Source of the DNA: Chitinophagales bacterium
Lineage (GTDB): Bacteria > Bacteroidota > Bacteroidia > Chitinophagales > UBA10324
DNA length: 49,109 nt
Assembly (NCBI GenBank): GCA_039920305.1
Contig: JBDSEA010000083.1
Location: forward strand, 1-49,109
Direction: 5' to 3'
In this document: piece after piece, positions 19,093 through 27,588 of the stretch
Layout of the letters: each line of letters opens with the position of its first letter
How positions within the stretch are numbered: position 1 is the first letter of the stretch
The notes under the pieces: model-generated
Database searches by the model: none
Told to the model about the DNA's origin: nothing
Seen by the model: only the letters and a program-made list of their open reading frames with translations
Translations under genes and position numbers: made by a program

Positions 19093-20411
19093 ATGGGATG
19101 ACATTCAAGCAGCAGGGAAATTATCGAACAATTGTGTGGCGGCAATTCAGGAAGAATAAGCCCGCACTGCTTGCAATGTATGCTCTGGCATTGATGTTAT
19201 TCGTGGCGTTATTTGCACCAATACTTGCAAACAATCGTCCCTTATATGTAAAGTATCGGGGAGAAACCTTTTTTCCGGCCTTTTCAACGAGTAATGTGAT
19301 ACAGGTAAAAAATGCTTTCGCAACAGAAACAATAAATGCAGATGCTGCTGACTGGAAAAGCATGAAAACTGATAAAATGGTTTTCCCTCCTATTACTTAT
19401 TCCCCCGGGAAAAGCGACTTTTTAAATTCAGGCTTTGTTAGTCCGGGTGGCGAACAAAAATTTCTGAGTAATGGAAAAATAATTCCGATGCCCCTGCGAT
19501 TCCGCCACTGGCTCGGAACAGGTTCACGCGGAGATGATTTAATGGCAGGACTTATTCATGGCACCCGCATATCTTTAACCATCGGTATCACCGCAATGAT
19601 CATCACTTCGCTGATTGGGATCATCATGGGAGTGGTAGCAGGATTTTTTGGTGATGACGGCATTGTGATCACCAGGGGAAAATTTCTATTGATCATCACC
19701 GGACTTTTTTTTTCATGGTTTTATGCATTTCAACTGCGAAGCGGAATATTTAATCATGCATGGTACGGGGAGGACGGAGCTTATTTAATCCAGGTTATAA
19801 TCAGTATTTTCCTTTCAGTGGTTATAGTTTTGTTTTTTGCTGCTATAGGAAATTTTTTGAAAAAAACCCCTTTTCTGGGTAATAAAATTTTAATGCCTGT
19901 TGATACTATCCTGTCGAGAGTCATGGAAATTTTTGTTTCACTCCCGCTTCTTGTTCTGATTATAACCCTCGCTGCCATTTCGAAACCGTCGCTGATGAAT
20001 GTGATGATTATTATCGGACTCACTCAATGGACAGGCATTGCCAGGCTAACCCGTGCCGAGATGCTTAGAATTCGTAAGCTCGAATACATACAATCTGCAC
20101 GCGCCCTGGGCGCCAGAAACCTCCGGATAATGATAAATCATGCCCTTCCCAATGCAATTACTCCTGCCATTGTTTCAATGTCTTTTATTGTGGGAAACGC
20201 TATACTTATTGAGTCAGCACTCTCTTTTATAGGCATTGGCGTTCCTCCCACTATGACCACCTGGGGGTCACTGATAGCTGAAGGAAGAGAAAATTTCAAT
20301 GCATGGTGGATGGTTATTTTACCGGGATTCAGTATCATGGTAACGGTTCTTGCCTGCAATATGCTGGCCGAAGGTCTTAGAGATGCGCTTGATCCCAGGC
20401 TCAATAAATAA
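19089..20411 (+). CDS. ABC transporter permease, DppC/OppC-like, with extra inserted TM hairpin
   Basis: 440 aa. ATGA start/stop overlap with the upstream permease. Core motifs are HWLGTGSRGDDL, GVVAGFFGDD...SRVMEIFVSLP and YIQSARALGARNLRIMINHALPN. Confidence 0.85.
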   Translation: MNGMTFKQQGNYRTIVWRQFRKNKPALLAMYALALMLFVALFAPILANNRPLYVKYRGETFFPAFSTSNVIQVKNAFATETINADAADWKSMKTDKMVFPPITYSPGKSDFLNSGFVSPGGEQKFLSNGKIIPMPLRFRHWLGTGSRGDDLMAGLIHGTRISLTIGITAMIITSLIGIIMGVVAGFFGDDGIVITRGKFLLIITGLFFSWFYAFQLRSGIFNHAWYGEDGAYLIQVIISIFLSVVIVLFFAAIGNFLKKTPFLGNKILMPVDTILSRVMEIFVSLPLLVLIITLAAISKPSLMNVMIIIGLTQWTGIARLTRAEMLRIRKLEYIQSARALGARNLRIMINHALPNAITPAIVSMSFIVGNAILIESALSFIGIGVPPTMTTWGSLIAEGRENFNAWWMVILPGFSIMVTVLACNMLAEGLRDALDPRLNK

Positions 20412-20513
20412 ATTAAGGGGATTAGTCCCTATCAGATTTTCTTAAAAAAAGATGATCAGTCAACCTTTAACAAATGATGCATAACCATTTAAAAGGAGAA
20501 TGCAGGATTGATC

Positions 20514-20555
20514 TAAAAATTAGCACCTAACCTCAATAATAGGGTAGAGGTGCTA
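20514..20555 (-). terminator. Probable intrinsic terminator of the AraC-cupin unit
   Basis: The plus strand has TAGCACCT (20521-28) and AGGTGCTA (20548-55) with an inner ACCT/GGGT stem. On the minus strand the hairpin is followed by ATTTTTAG. It lies about 85 nt downstream of the cupin stop. Confidence 0.55.
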
Positions 20556-20638
20556 TAGAATAAACAAAAACTGCCAAAAATGAAAACAATTTCCTATTTA
20601 GTTACATATTTATATGGCAAATTTACATATTAACATTA

Positions 20639-20983
20639 TTATTCATAACCGCTTTTAATCAATGTAGATATCATTTTAAATGGCTGATGTGCCTTGATGG
20701 AATTGGAAAGATGAGCAGGAATAAGTATCGCTTCACCGGTATTGAGCATTTTGGACTGGCCATCAATTACAATTTCTGCTTTTCCATCAATAATTTGAAT
20801 AAAGGTATCAAAAGGAGAAATTTTTTCACCGAAACCTTCACCTGAATCCACGGAGCATACTGTTATGCTTCCTGTTAACTTTTTCATGACTGTTTTGCTT
20901 ACCACCGAATTAGGGATGTATTCTATTATTTCAATTAAAACAAGTGCCTCTGCTCTTTCAATATCTGTTTCTTGTACTATCAT
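20639..20983 (-). CDS. Cupin domain protein
   Basis: 114 aa, small single-domain protein with cupin-type strands (FIQIIDGKAEIVIDGQSKMLNTGEAILIPAHLSNSIKA). Confidence 0.8.
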   Translation of the reverse strand: MIVQETDIERAEALVLIEIIEYIPNSVVSKTVMKKLTGSITVCSVDSGEGFGEKISPFDTFIQIIDGKAEIVIDGQSKMLNTGEAILIPAHLSNSIKAHQPFKMISTLIKSGYE

Positions 20984-21067
20984 ACCGGTTATTTACAATT
21001 TGAACTTTGCAAGTTTGTTAATAACCATCCATAATTGTTACATAACTTTAGAAAAGAATTGCATGAT

Positions 21068-21628
21068 TCACATATTCTCAAGGGTGTTTCGTCTCTTATT
21101 CTTAAGGGATTTAAAGAAGGAAGGAGTTAAACCGGTAACTTTTTTAAACTGGTTTGAGAGGTGTGCCACACTGCTGTAGTGCAGTTTATATGAAATCTCT
21201 GTGAGATTAAGCTCATCATATATAAGAAGCTCTTTTACTCTTTCAATTTTATTTAAGATAATAAATTGCTGAATGGTTATTCCTCTGACTTCTGAGAAAA
21301 TGTTTGACAGGTAAGTATAGTCATAATTCAATTTATCACTGATGTATTCTGAATAATTTAAATCAGGCACTTCATCAGAATAATGAATCATTTCAATTAC
21401 AACATTTTTAATCTTTTCAATAAGAATGGCCTTTTTATCATCAAGCAATTCAAGTCCGGACTTCATCAGGCTTGATTTAAGCATTGCATGCTTTTCCGGT
21501 GTTATATCCTCCATGATTTCAACTGTACCCAGATCCACTGCAACATACCGCAAACCGAGTTGTTTTAACTCCTCCTGCACCATCATTTTACAACGAAGGC
21601 TAACCATGTATTTAATATATAGCTTCAC
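21068..21628 (-). CDS. AraC/XylS-family transcriptional regulator (short N-terminal sensor domain)
   Basis: C-terminal double HTH: YLSNIFSEVRGITIQQFIILNKIERVKELLIYDELNLTEISYKLHYSSVAHLSNQFKKVTGLTPSFF. Confidence 0.85.
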   Translation of the reverse strand: MKLYIKYMVSLRCKMMVQEELKQLGLRYVAVDLGTVEIMEDITPEKHAMLKSSLMKSGLELLDDKKAILIEKIKNVVIEMIHYSDEVPDLNYSEYISDKLNYDYTYLSNIFSEVRGITIQQFIILNKIERVKELLIYDELNLTEISYKLHYSSVAHLSNQFKKVTGLTPSFFKSLKNKRRNTLENM

Positions 21629-21766
21629 GATCTCCTAAGAAATTTTTGACTATGCCTGTAAGGAATATTCAGGAAGGCATATTTAGCATAGATTTTTAAA
21701 TATATCATGTAATAAAAAACAAATATCTTTTCTGTTATTTTTATATATGTCACATTTACCCTTAAT

Positions 21767-23188
21767 TTATTGTTTTGAAATTACATCCATTTCTTCAGAT
21801 TGCATTCTAAATACCGGTCGCCGGTTTAACCTGTCTGCCACTAATTTTTTCCGCTCCTGCGCTGTGATATAATTAATTATTACAAGCCCTGTAAGAAAGA
21901 ACGGTATGCACGGGATCTTATACCGGACAAGTGCTCCAAAGTTATAAGCTGTAAAACCCACTGAGAAAGCAAAAGTTATGGCAAAAAATACACAAAAGAA
22001 GATAGTAGGGTTGTTAATAATGGTGGTCAAGGGCCGGCGAAAGCCGTTCTTCCAGAAGATATAAAGAGTAAATCCCAGAATAAAAGTACTTTCCAGTGCT
22101 GAGGCAAGCATTATGGCGCTATGGGCTTCCCACAAATACGGCCGGAATAACGTTACATTAATTGCTGCCGGGGAAGCTTTTACAATACTCTGCCAGGTTC
22201 CATCCACCAGGCCAAGAGAATAACCTGAGGCATTCTCATTTTTTGCAAGAAAGGAATGCCATTCATGGAATGTCTGTGCGGTATTTAAAACATTTTGCAA
22301 AGAAAATTGAGTAAACTCATGCCCCAGCCGGGTGACCATTAAATACCCAAATACCAGGGAAATGGTGAACACCGCAGGACCGGATACCACGCGTAGAAAC
22401 TGATTGGGAATTTTTCTCCTGAAGGTTAAGAATATCCAGAATAACAAGGCAGGTAAAAAGCTGATGATGATGTATGCTTTTACCTGAAGCGCAATGTAGC
22501 CGGTGACTAATAAGATCAAGCCGTTTCTGACAATTTTTCTCTTCTTAAAAAAAATAGAGTATGAGCAATAGGTAATCCAGCCAAGGCAACCGAACGTAAT
22601 GGAATCCTTAAGCACGCCTGATCCCCAGAAAAAAACTGATGGAACAAATAGGATGCAGTAAGCAAGTTCCTTATATAAATTCGGATACAGGCCGGCGAAG
22701 GTTTTGTACAATGCCCATGCGCCAGTGAATGAAAGAACTGAAATAACGATTGCCATTACCGGATAGGAATGAAAAGAGAATATGCTTACAATGCCGTAAA
22801 TCTTATCAGCCATCCAGCCTGAAGGATCCCTGAAGAAGGTAAGCCACCAGGTACTGTCATAAGTGGCGGTAGTGTAAGTATTTGCGGGCAGCAGCAGCAG
22901 CTTGAAAAACAGATCAAGTCCATGCCTCAATGACTCATTAAAAGTTTGCGAATCGTAGAAATAATAAAAGGTATCGCCACTGTGATAATAAAACCCGTAT
23001 ACGATGCCTACTCCAATACCCCCGGCTATTTTGGCCAGCATTCCGGTAATGAAATACTTCCGAACAGGATTATCATGCAAAGCAATGTTGCGGTATAAAA
23101 GTGCGGCAATCAGAATAATAAAAAGGTAAAAAGGAGTAATGATGAAATCATTATACTCCAGGAAGCGAATATTATCTGCTTGAAACAT
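21767..23188 (-). CDS. Polytopic integral membrane protein, function unknown (Wzy/EpsG-like polymerase is only a guess)
   Basis: 473 aa with about 12 hydrophobic segments and no soluble domain or catalytic motif I can name. Confidence 0.55.
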   Translation of the reverse strand: MFQADNIRFLEYNDFIITPFYLFIILIAALLYRNIALHDNPVRKYFITGMLAKIAGGIGVGIVYGFYYHSGDTFYYFYDSQTFNESLRHGLDLFFKLLLLPANTYTTATYDSTWWLTFFRDPSGWMADKIYGIVSIFSFHSYPVMAIVISVLSFTGAWALYKTFAGLYPNLYKELAYCILFVPSVFFWGSGVLKDSITFGCLGWITYCSYSIFFKKRKIVRNGLILLVTGYIALQVKAYIIISFLPALLFWIFLTFRRKIPNQFLRVVSGPAVFTISLVFGYLMVTRLGHEFTQFSLQNVLNTAQTFHEWHSFLAKNENASGYSLGLVDGTWQSIVKASPAAINVTLFRPYLWEAHSAIMLASALESTFILGFTLYIFWKNGFRRPLTTIINNPTIFFCVFFAITFAFSVGFTAYNFGALVRYKIPCIPFFLTGLVIINYITAQERKKLVADRLNRRPVFRMQSEEMDVISKQ

Positions 23189-23224
23189 GGTGATGGAAAA
23201 TTAATAAAGAGATGCTAACCCCAT

Positions 23225-24007
23225 TTAAATCCCCGGGAATGCTTCAATTTCAAATCGATTATTCATCGTGTGAAGCCGGGCAAGAGGTATTTTGCCATCA
23301 TGAAAAAATAAAAAGCAATAATTCTCAGCAGCACCCAGTTTTGCATATTTTTCACGCAGCCGGGCACTCATTTTTCCATCAAAGTCATAGTTTGCAACAA
23401 ATCGCCGGATGATTTGTGATGATTGGGGCAGCACATCCCCCCCATAAAAAAACTTTTGATTATCAGATTGAATAATGAATACCTGGTGATAGGGCGTATG
23501 TCCACCGCTTATTTCAAAATGAATTTCGCCGCCTATATCGCCATCACCATCTAAGGGCTTCCACTGGGGAGATCGCCGAAGAAAGTTTAGCTTATCCAAT
23601 TCGTATGATGGTGAATTAATTTTTGTCAGGGCATACTTCATTTCTTTTTGCTGCCCGTAATAATCTGCATTGGGAAACATTAGATGGAAAGTCCCGGCAT
23701 TATCATAGCAAATGCCACCTGCATGATCCTTATGAAGATGGCTAAGCAGCACCAAAGTAATCTCTTCTGCAGAAAATCCATGGCGAAGCAAATTTTTATG
23801 AACAATGAAGTTTGAGTCTTCTGCCTGAAATCCCAGTCCGGGGTCAATGATGATCAGGTCCTTTTTTGTCTTTATTAGAAAGGGAACAACGTCTGCAATC
23901 AATGAAGCAGGCCGGTCTGCAATTGAATCTTTTAATGGATCAAACGGAACAAATTTTTTACTTTCATTTACTGTGAATGTTCCTTCAGAAAGAGGCCAGA
24001 CCATCAA
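23225..24007 (-). CDS. MBL-fold metallo-hydrolase
   Basis: HxHxDH motif (LLSHLHKDHAGG) and a downstream His (GGHTPYH). Confidence 0.85.
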   Translation of the reverse strand: MMVWPLSEGTFTVNESKKFVPFDPLKDSIADRPASLIADVVPFLIKTKKDLIIIDPGLGFQAEDSNFIVHKNLLRHGFSAEEITLVLLSHLHKDHAGGICYDNAGTFHLMFPNADYYGQQKEMKYALTKINSPSYELDKLNFLRRSPQWKPLDGDGDIGGEIHFEISGGHTPYHQVFIIQSDNQKFFYGGDVLPQSSQIIRRFVANYDFDGKMSARLREKYAKLGAAENYCFLFFHDGKIPLARLHTMNNRFEIEAFPGI

Positions 24008-24035
24008 CTGACTTTAAAGTATTCATGAACAATTT

Positions 24036-24974
24036 TTAGTAATTGCCCTTACCGCCTATCACGAAATTCCTGGTTAGATTAAATCCCCATCGGAACTGTC
24101 CGTCCAGCCAGTTAGATCTGGTGAAAGGAAGATAAGAATTCTCCAGTAAACCGGTCGAATTTGTAAAGAGGAGCTGAAATACATGACCCCCGGTTTCAAT
24201 TTCAATTCCCACACTGAGCGGATCGTAAAATATTTTGTTACCGGAAGCATCTTTGCCATCCCTGAAGTCATAATAATAATCAGCAATCAGGGCGATCCGT
24301 TTTGAGAACTTCATTCGTAACCCGGCTCCAAGGAAAAACAAATCATTTTCATTATCGAATGTAACATAATTGCGGTGTACCCAGGTCGGTATCAGCTCAA
24401 ACGAAAACCCCGATGTAAATTTACGCGCAATAATTGCTTGGGATACATACGAAAAGCGGTGAGAAAAATCATTTTCAAAATATGAATCGGAGGTACTGTC
24501 AGAGGATGACTTTCGTGCCGTACCTGCTAAAACGCCATAAAGTGTAATTGCCAGTGGCATTTTATCATCTGTAGTTTGCCGGAGGAGCCTGTGCTTGATA
24601 TTGGCATCGAATAGCTCACGGTAGGGCTCAAGGCCTTTCGAATGCCCTACACCCAGCTGCAGGCGGTCACTTAAACCATAGTCGAAAGAGAATCGGATGT
24701 CAGGAGCCTGATCCAATCCGTAAAAAGTATGAAAGCCTCCGCCGGTTCCCCCAATATCACCAAAGCGATGCTGAATATTGAATTGCAGATTATGCTTTTT
24801 GGCGGTTTCATTGGTTTGCGCATTGATGATCCGAAGGCCTTTGAAAGTAGCCATAACAACATCACTGCCTTCGGACTGAGTGCTCTGATTTACTATATCT
24901 GAGAGATCATCCTGGGCACTTGCAAAAGAGCATAGTAAAAAAAGAAAAAGGAGTGTAAGAATATTTTTTTTCAT
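24036..24974 (-). CDS. Predicted outer-membrane beta-barrel protein (DUF5777-like)
   Basis: Internal ATG 24974 gives signal peptide MKKNILTLLFLFLLCSFASA. The body has alternating hydrophobic beta-strand patterns and a C-terminal aromatic residue (...GGKGNY). The family name is from memory and unverified. Confidence 0.6.
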   Translation of the reverse strand: MKKNILTLLFLFLLCSFASAQDDLSDIVNQSTQSEGSDVVMATFKGLRIINAQTNETAKKHNLQFNIQHRFGDIGGTGGGFHTFYGLDQAPDIRFSFDYGLSDRLQLGVGHSKGLEPYRELFDANIKHRLLRQTTDDKMPLAITLYGVLAGTARKSSSDSTSDSYFENDFSHRFSYVSQAIIARKFTSGFSFELIPTWVHRNYVTFDNENDLFFLGAGLRMKFSKRIALIADYYYDFRDGKDASGNKIFYDPLSVGIEIETGGHVFQLLFTNSTGLLENSYLPFTRSNWLDGQFRWGFNLTRNFVIGGKGNY

Positions 24975-25019
24975 CGATGATAATGTTTTGTATGGAATTA
25001 CGTGAAGCAAGATAACAGG

Positions 25020-25044
25020 GTTTAAAATTCGTTAAATTTTAAAC
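25020..25044. promoter_or_regulatory. AT-rich 10-bp perfect inverted repeat upstream of the barrel gene
   Basis: GTTTAAAATT-cgtta-AATTTTAAAC, 46 nt upstream of ATG 24974 and downstream of the YceI terminator. Confidence 0.3.
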
Positions 25045-25092
25045 CAGCAGTGCATAAAAACTTTCCCGCAGGTAAATGATTTCCAATGGCAC

Positions 25093-25125
25093 GAAAAAAA
25101 GCTTCCGGCTGAATAACCGGAAGCT
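25093..25125 (-). terminator. Strong rho-independent terminator after the YceI-like gene
   Basis: Minus strand: AGCTTCCGG-ttattcag-CCGGAAGCT (9-bp perfect stem) followed by TTTTTTT. It starts 24 nt after the stop at 25149. Confidence 0.8.
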
Positions 25126-25148
25126 GTAATCTGATATTTCATTTGAAC

Positions 25149-25700
25149 TTACTGTTCTTTTGGAACCAGCGCACTGTGTATATTAACATTTACCACTTCC
25201 GCGATTTTCTGTGCAACTACCGTTGGGATTTTTATATCATGATCTGCAACCTTCACATCGAAAGAGCTGGTTATGTCGATACTTTTTCCATTAACCGTAA
25301 TTGTTCCGGGTATGGTTCTTTTATTAGTAACCCCATGAATAGTTAAATCTCCGGTCGCAGTTACTTCATAAGTACCATCCTTGCCCAGATCCATATCCTG
25401 ATCAATGGTTCCATCAAAAGTTCCATTAGGGAATTTCTCACTTTCCATGTAGTTCTCATTAAAATGCTCCTGCATCAGTGATCTTTTGAAAACTAAGGAT
25501 TCCATTTTGATTTTGAAATAAACTTTTTTGTTTTTTATATTAACAGCACCAGTCGTTTGATTGCTGGTAGCATCAATATCTTCCAGTGGTGTAGAGGCAT
25601 GAATTGAGGTCGTTCCCCTGGTATCAATAAAAACATCCTGAGCCCGGGATATCAGATGACCTGAAACGAACAGCAGGGAAAGCAAAATCAATTTTTTCAT
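25149..25700 (-). CDS. YceI-like (polyisoprenoid-binding lipocalin-like) periplasmic protein
   Basis: Internal ATG 25700 gives signal peptide MKKLILLSLLFVSGHLISRA. The body resembles YceI (FKRSLMQEHFNENYMESEKFPNGTFDGTI...TATGDLTIHGVTNKRTIPGTITV...FDVKVADHDIKIP). The track start 25982 would overlap the upstream gene by 224 nt. Confidence 0.8.
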   Translation of the reverse strand: MKKLILLSLLFVSGHLISRAQDVFIDTRGTTSIHASTPLEDIDATSNQTTGAVNIKNKKVYFKIKMESLVFKRSLMQEHFNENYMESEKFPNGTFDGTIDQDMDLGKDGTYEVTATGDLTIHGVTNKRTIPGTITVNGKSIDITSSFDVKVADHDIKIPTVVAQKIAEVVNVNIHSALVPKEQ

Positions 25701-25758
25701 TTTTAAAGTATTTAAGTTTGTTTGTTTATTTGTTAGGTAATTTCCAAGAAGCATACCA

Positions 25759-26151
25759 CTAATTATTTTGATAGCCCTGATCAAGCCATAGCTGAAGTTT
25801 TTCCTTATCACAGCTTGTAAGTAACTGTGGTCCATTGGTAATACTCTTGGGCATAGTTGCAGTAGCCGGATCAAGCACAAAGCTGTAAAACACATCAGGA
25901 AGATATACTTCAAGCCCGGCATAAGTGGTAAAATCGTATCCATAAGTGGAGGAGGCCTGATGACAATCACCCAGCGTATCACGGGTACAATATGTATTCA
26001 GGATTGGAACTATGTCCTGCGAAAATGACATGATATCCTGACCATTGTTAGTGCAGCTGGTATCAGGTTTTGGTGCAGCCTGTTCCTGCGTGCAGGATAC
26101 AAAAGAAATCGTAAGAATAAATGCCGTAAAAACCAATTTATAAACCTTCAT
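25759..26151 (-). CDS. Small lipoprotein with a C-x7-CH motif, function unknown
   Basis: ATG 26151 gives MKVYKLVFTAFILTISFVSC (signal peptide plus lipobox Cys). The mature part contains DIVPILNTYCTRDTLGDCHQ. Confidence 0.6.
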   Translation of the reverse strand: MKVYKLVFTAFILTISFVSCTQEQAAPKPDTSCTNNGQDIMSFSQDIVPILNTYCTRDTLGDCHQASSTYGYDFTTYAGLEVYLPDVFYSFVLDPATATMPKSITNGPQLLTSCDKEKLQLWLDQGYQNN

Positions 26152-26171
26152 GCTATCTTTAAACACACTTT

Positions 26172-27029
26172 TTATTTTTGAATAAAAAATTTCCTTGCCT
26201 CATCCGTATTTCCTGAAGTATAGCGAATCAGATACACACCACTTACCAGGGAATGAGGAAGGGCAATGGCGTGTTTCTTCAAGCCGCCTGTTTCATTATC
26301 ATCAACCAGTAATTGCAGGTTTTTCCCCTGTAAATCATATAACCGGATCAACGCCGGATCATTCCCGGTCTGATTGTATTGCAGCGTAATAATATTATTT
26401 GCAATGCTTACGATGGAAAACGGACTTCCGGGTATTCCGGGAGAAAAAATTCCATCGGCACTATCAGGAAGAATACAAAGGGAAGTGGTATAAATATGAT
26501 CTCCGGATGAAGTTCCATTACCATTGGCACAGTTACCCGCCGCATAAAAGCAAAGCTGACCCTTATCAAGAGCTGGCGCCTTCCATTGAAAATTCCATAT
26601 ATTGTTGGAGCTGGCAGTTTTATGGCCAAGATACTTTCTATTGTTCACTGCGCCGGAAGTTGGAGCTGAAATATTAGTAGTACCGTTAGGAATGATCAAA
26701 ATACCCACTGAATCACCATCAGCATCTACCGAAGTAATCTCAAAACCAAATTTTACCATACCTGCTTCACTTGCAGTTACAGCCATGTCATATACCTGCC
26801 CCGGTGTATATTTTAATTCAGGATCACTGAAGGAAACCGTTAATGTGCCGCCACCGGTATTAGGTGTATTGTTATGGCATGCCCCGGTGCCGCATGTTGT
26901 TTCATCAGTACCTGCAGTACAACCGGTTCTGCCCGCAGGAGGCTGGGATGAATTGGTATAGACGCTGGAAAAAGGAAAAACAATTGCTAAAACAAATGCC
27001 ATGGTAAGCAGTATATAAGTTCTTGTCAC
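26172..27029 (-). CDS. Secreted Cys-rich beta-sandwich protein with T9SS type-A CTD (possibly choice-of-anchor/Reelin-like family; assignment uncertain)
   Basis: Signal peptide MTRTYILLTMAFVLAIVFPFSS. The N-terminal motif is GCTAGTDETTCGTGACHNN (C-x8-C-x4-CH). The C-terminal 80 aa (ALIRLYDLQGKNL...GVYLIRYTSGN...KFFIQK) form a T9SS CTD. Confidence 0.7.
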   Translation of the reverse strand: MTRTYILLTMAFVLAIVFPFSSVYTNSSQPPAGRTGCTAGTDETTCGTGACHNNTPNTGGGTLTVSFSDPELKYTPGQVYDMAVTASEAGMVKFGFEITSVDADGDSVGILIIPNGTTNISAPTSGAVNNRKYLGHKTASSNNIWNFQWKAPALDKGQLCFYAAGNCANGNGTSSGDHIYTTSLCILPDSADGIFSPGIPGSPFSIVSIANNIITLQYNQTGNDPALIRLYDLQGKNLQLLVDDNETGGLKKHAIALPHSLVSGVYLIRYTSGNTDEARKFFIQK

Positions 27030-27066
27030 GTGTGTTCATTATAAAGTGCGAATGTAAAATGAAAAT

Positions 27067-27090
27067 AAAAAAAAGACAAGCAACAGCCTG
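27067..27090 (-). terminator. Possible weak intrinsic terminator after bcp
   Basis: Minus strand: CAGGC-tgtt-GCTTG (5 bp including one G-U pair), then tc and TTTTTTTT. It lies 38 nt downstream of the bcp stop. Confidence 0.4.
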
Positions 27091-27127
27091 CCAGGAAGTG
27101 GTTTCAAGGCACTGAGCGGGATTTCCT

Positions 27128-27586
27128 TCACGCTGAATAACTTTCCAGAATTTGCTGCGAGTGCTTTTTAGACCGGACTTTTCTGATGATTTTTTCAATC
27201 AATCCATTCCCGTCAATGATAAAGGTGGTTCTCAGCACTCCCATATATTCATAACCGAAAAGCTTCTTTTTTGACCAGCAACCATATGCCATAGTAATTT
27301 TACGATCAGGATCTGCAAGAAGTGAAAAAGGCAGATTAAACCGGCCCGAAAACTTTGCGTGTGATTTCACATCCTGCGGACTCACACCCAGTATTACAAA
27401 CCCCTTTTTCCTGAGTGTCAAAAAATTATCCCTCAGGTTGCATGCTTCCTGTGTGCAGGTAAGTGTATTGTCTTCAGGGTAGAAAAAAAGGATGACCTTC
27501 ATTCCCGGAAAATCTGTCAATTCAATTGTTTTACCATACTGATCAGTGGCTTTAAATGCAGGAGCTTTGTCACCTTCGATGAGCAT
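27128..27586 (-). CDS. bcp: Thiol peroxidase / peroxiredoxin Bcp
   Basis: 152 aa with Bcp-type C-x4-C (TLTCTQEAC) and AhpC/TSA fold motifs (FFYPEDNT, GVSPQD). Confidence 0.92.
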   Translation of the reverse strand: MLIEGDKAPAFKATDQYGKTIELTDFPGMKVILFFYPEDNTLTCTQEACNLRDNFLTLRKKGFVILGVSPQDVKSHAKFSGRFNLPFSLLADPDRKITMAYGCWSKKKLFGYEYMGVLRTTFIIDGNGLIEKIIRKVRSKKHSQQILESYSA

Positions 27587-27588
27587 TG

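Noticed and set aside
20416-20430. AGGGG-attag-TCCCT hairpin just after the second permease stop
   Set aside because: The stem is 5 bp including a G-U pair, and the T-run is displaced by 6 nt. The evidence is marginal, so it is not listed as a feature.
25701-25982. N-terminal 94-aa extension of the YceI-like ORF in the track, overlapping the lipoprotein gene
   Set aside because: The internal ATG at 25700 gives a canonical signal peptide and removes a 224-nt gene overlap. Similar trimming was applied at 14734, 16763, 25010, 34689, 35328 and 46025.
26905-27198. 97-aa minus-strand ORF bridging the bcp 3' end and the T9SS protein 5' end
   Set aside because: It overlaps two well-supported genes and spans the putative terminator, and it has no motifs.
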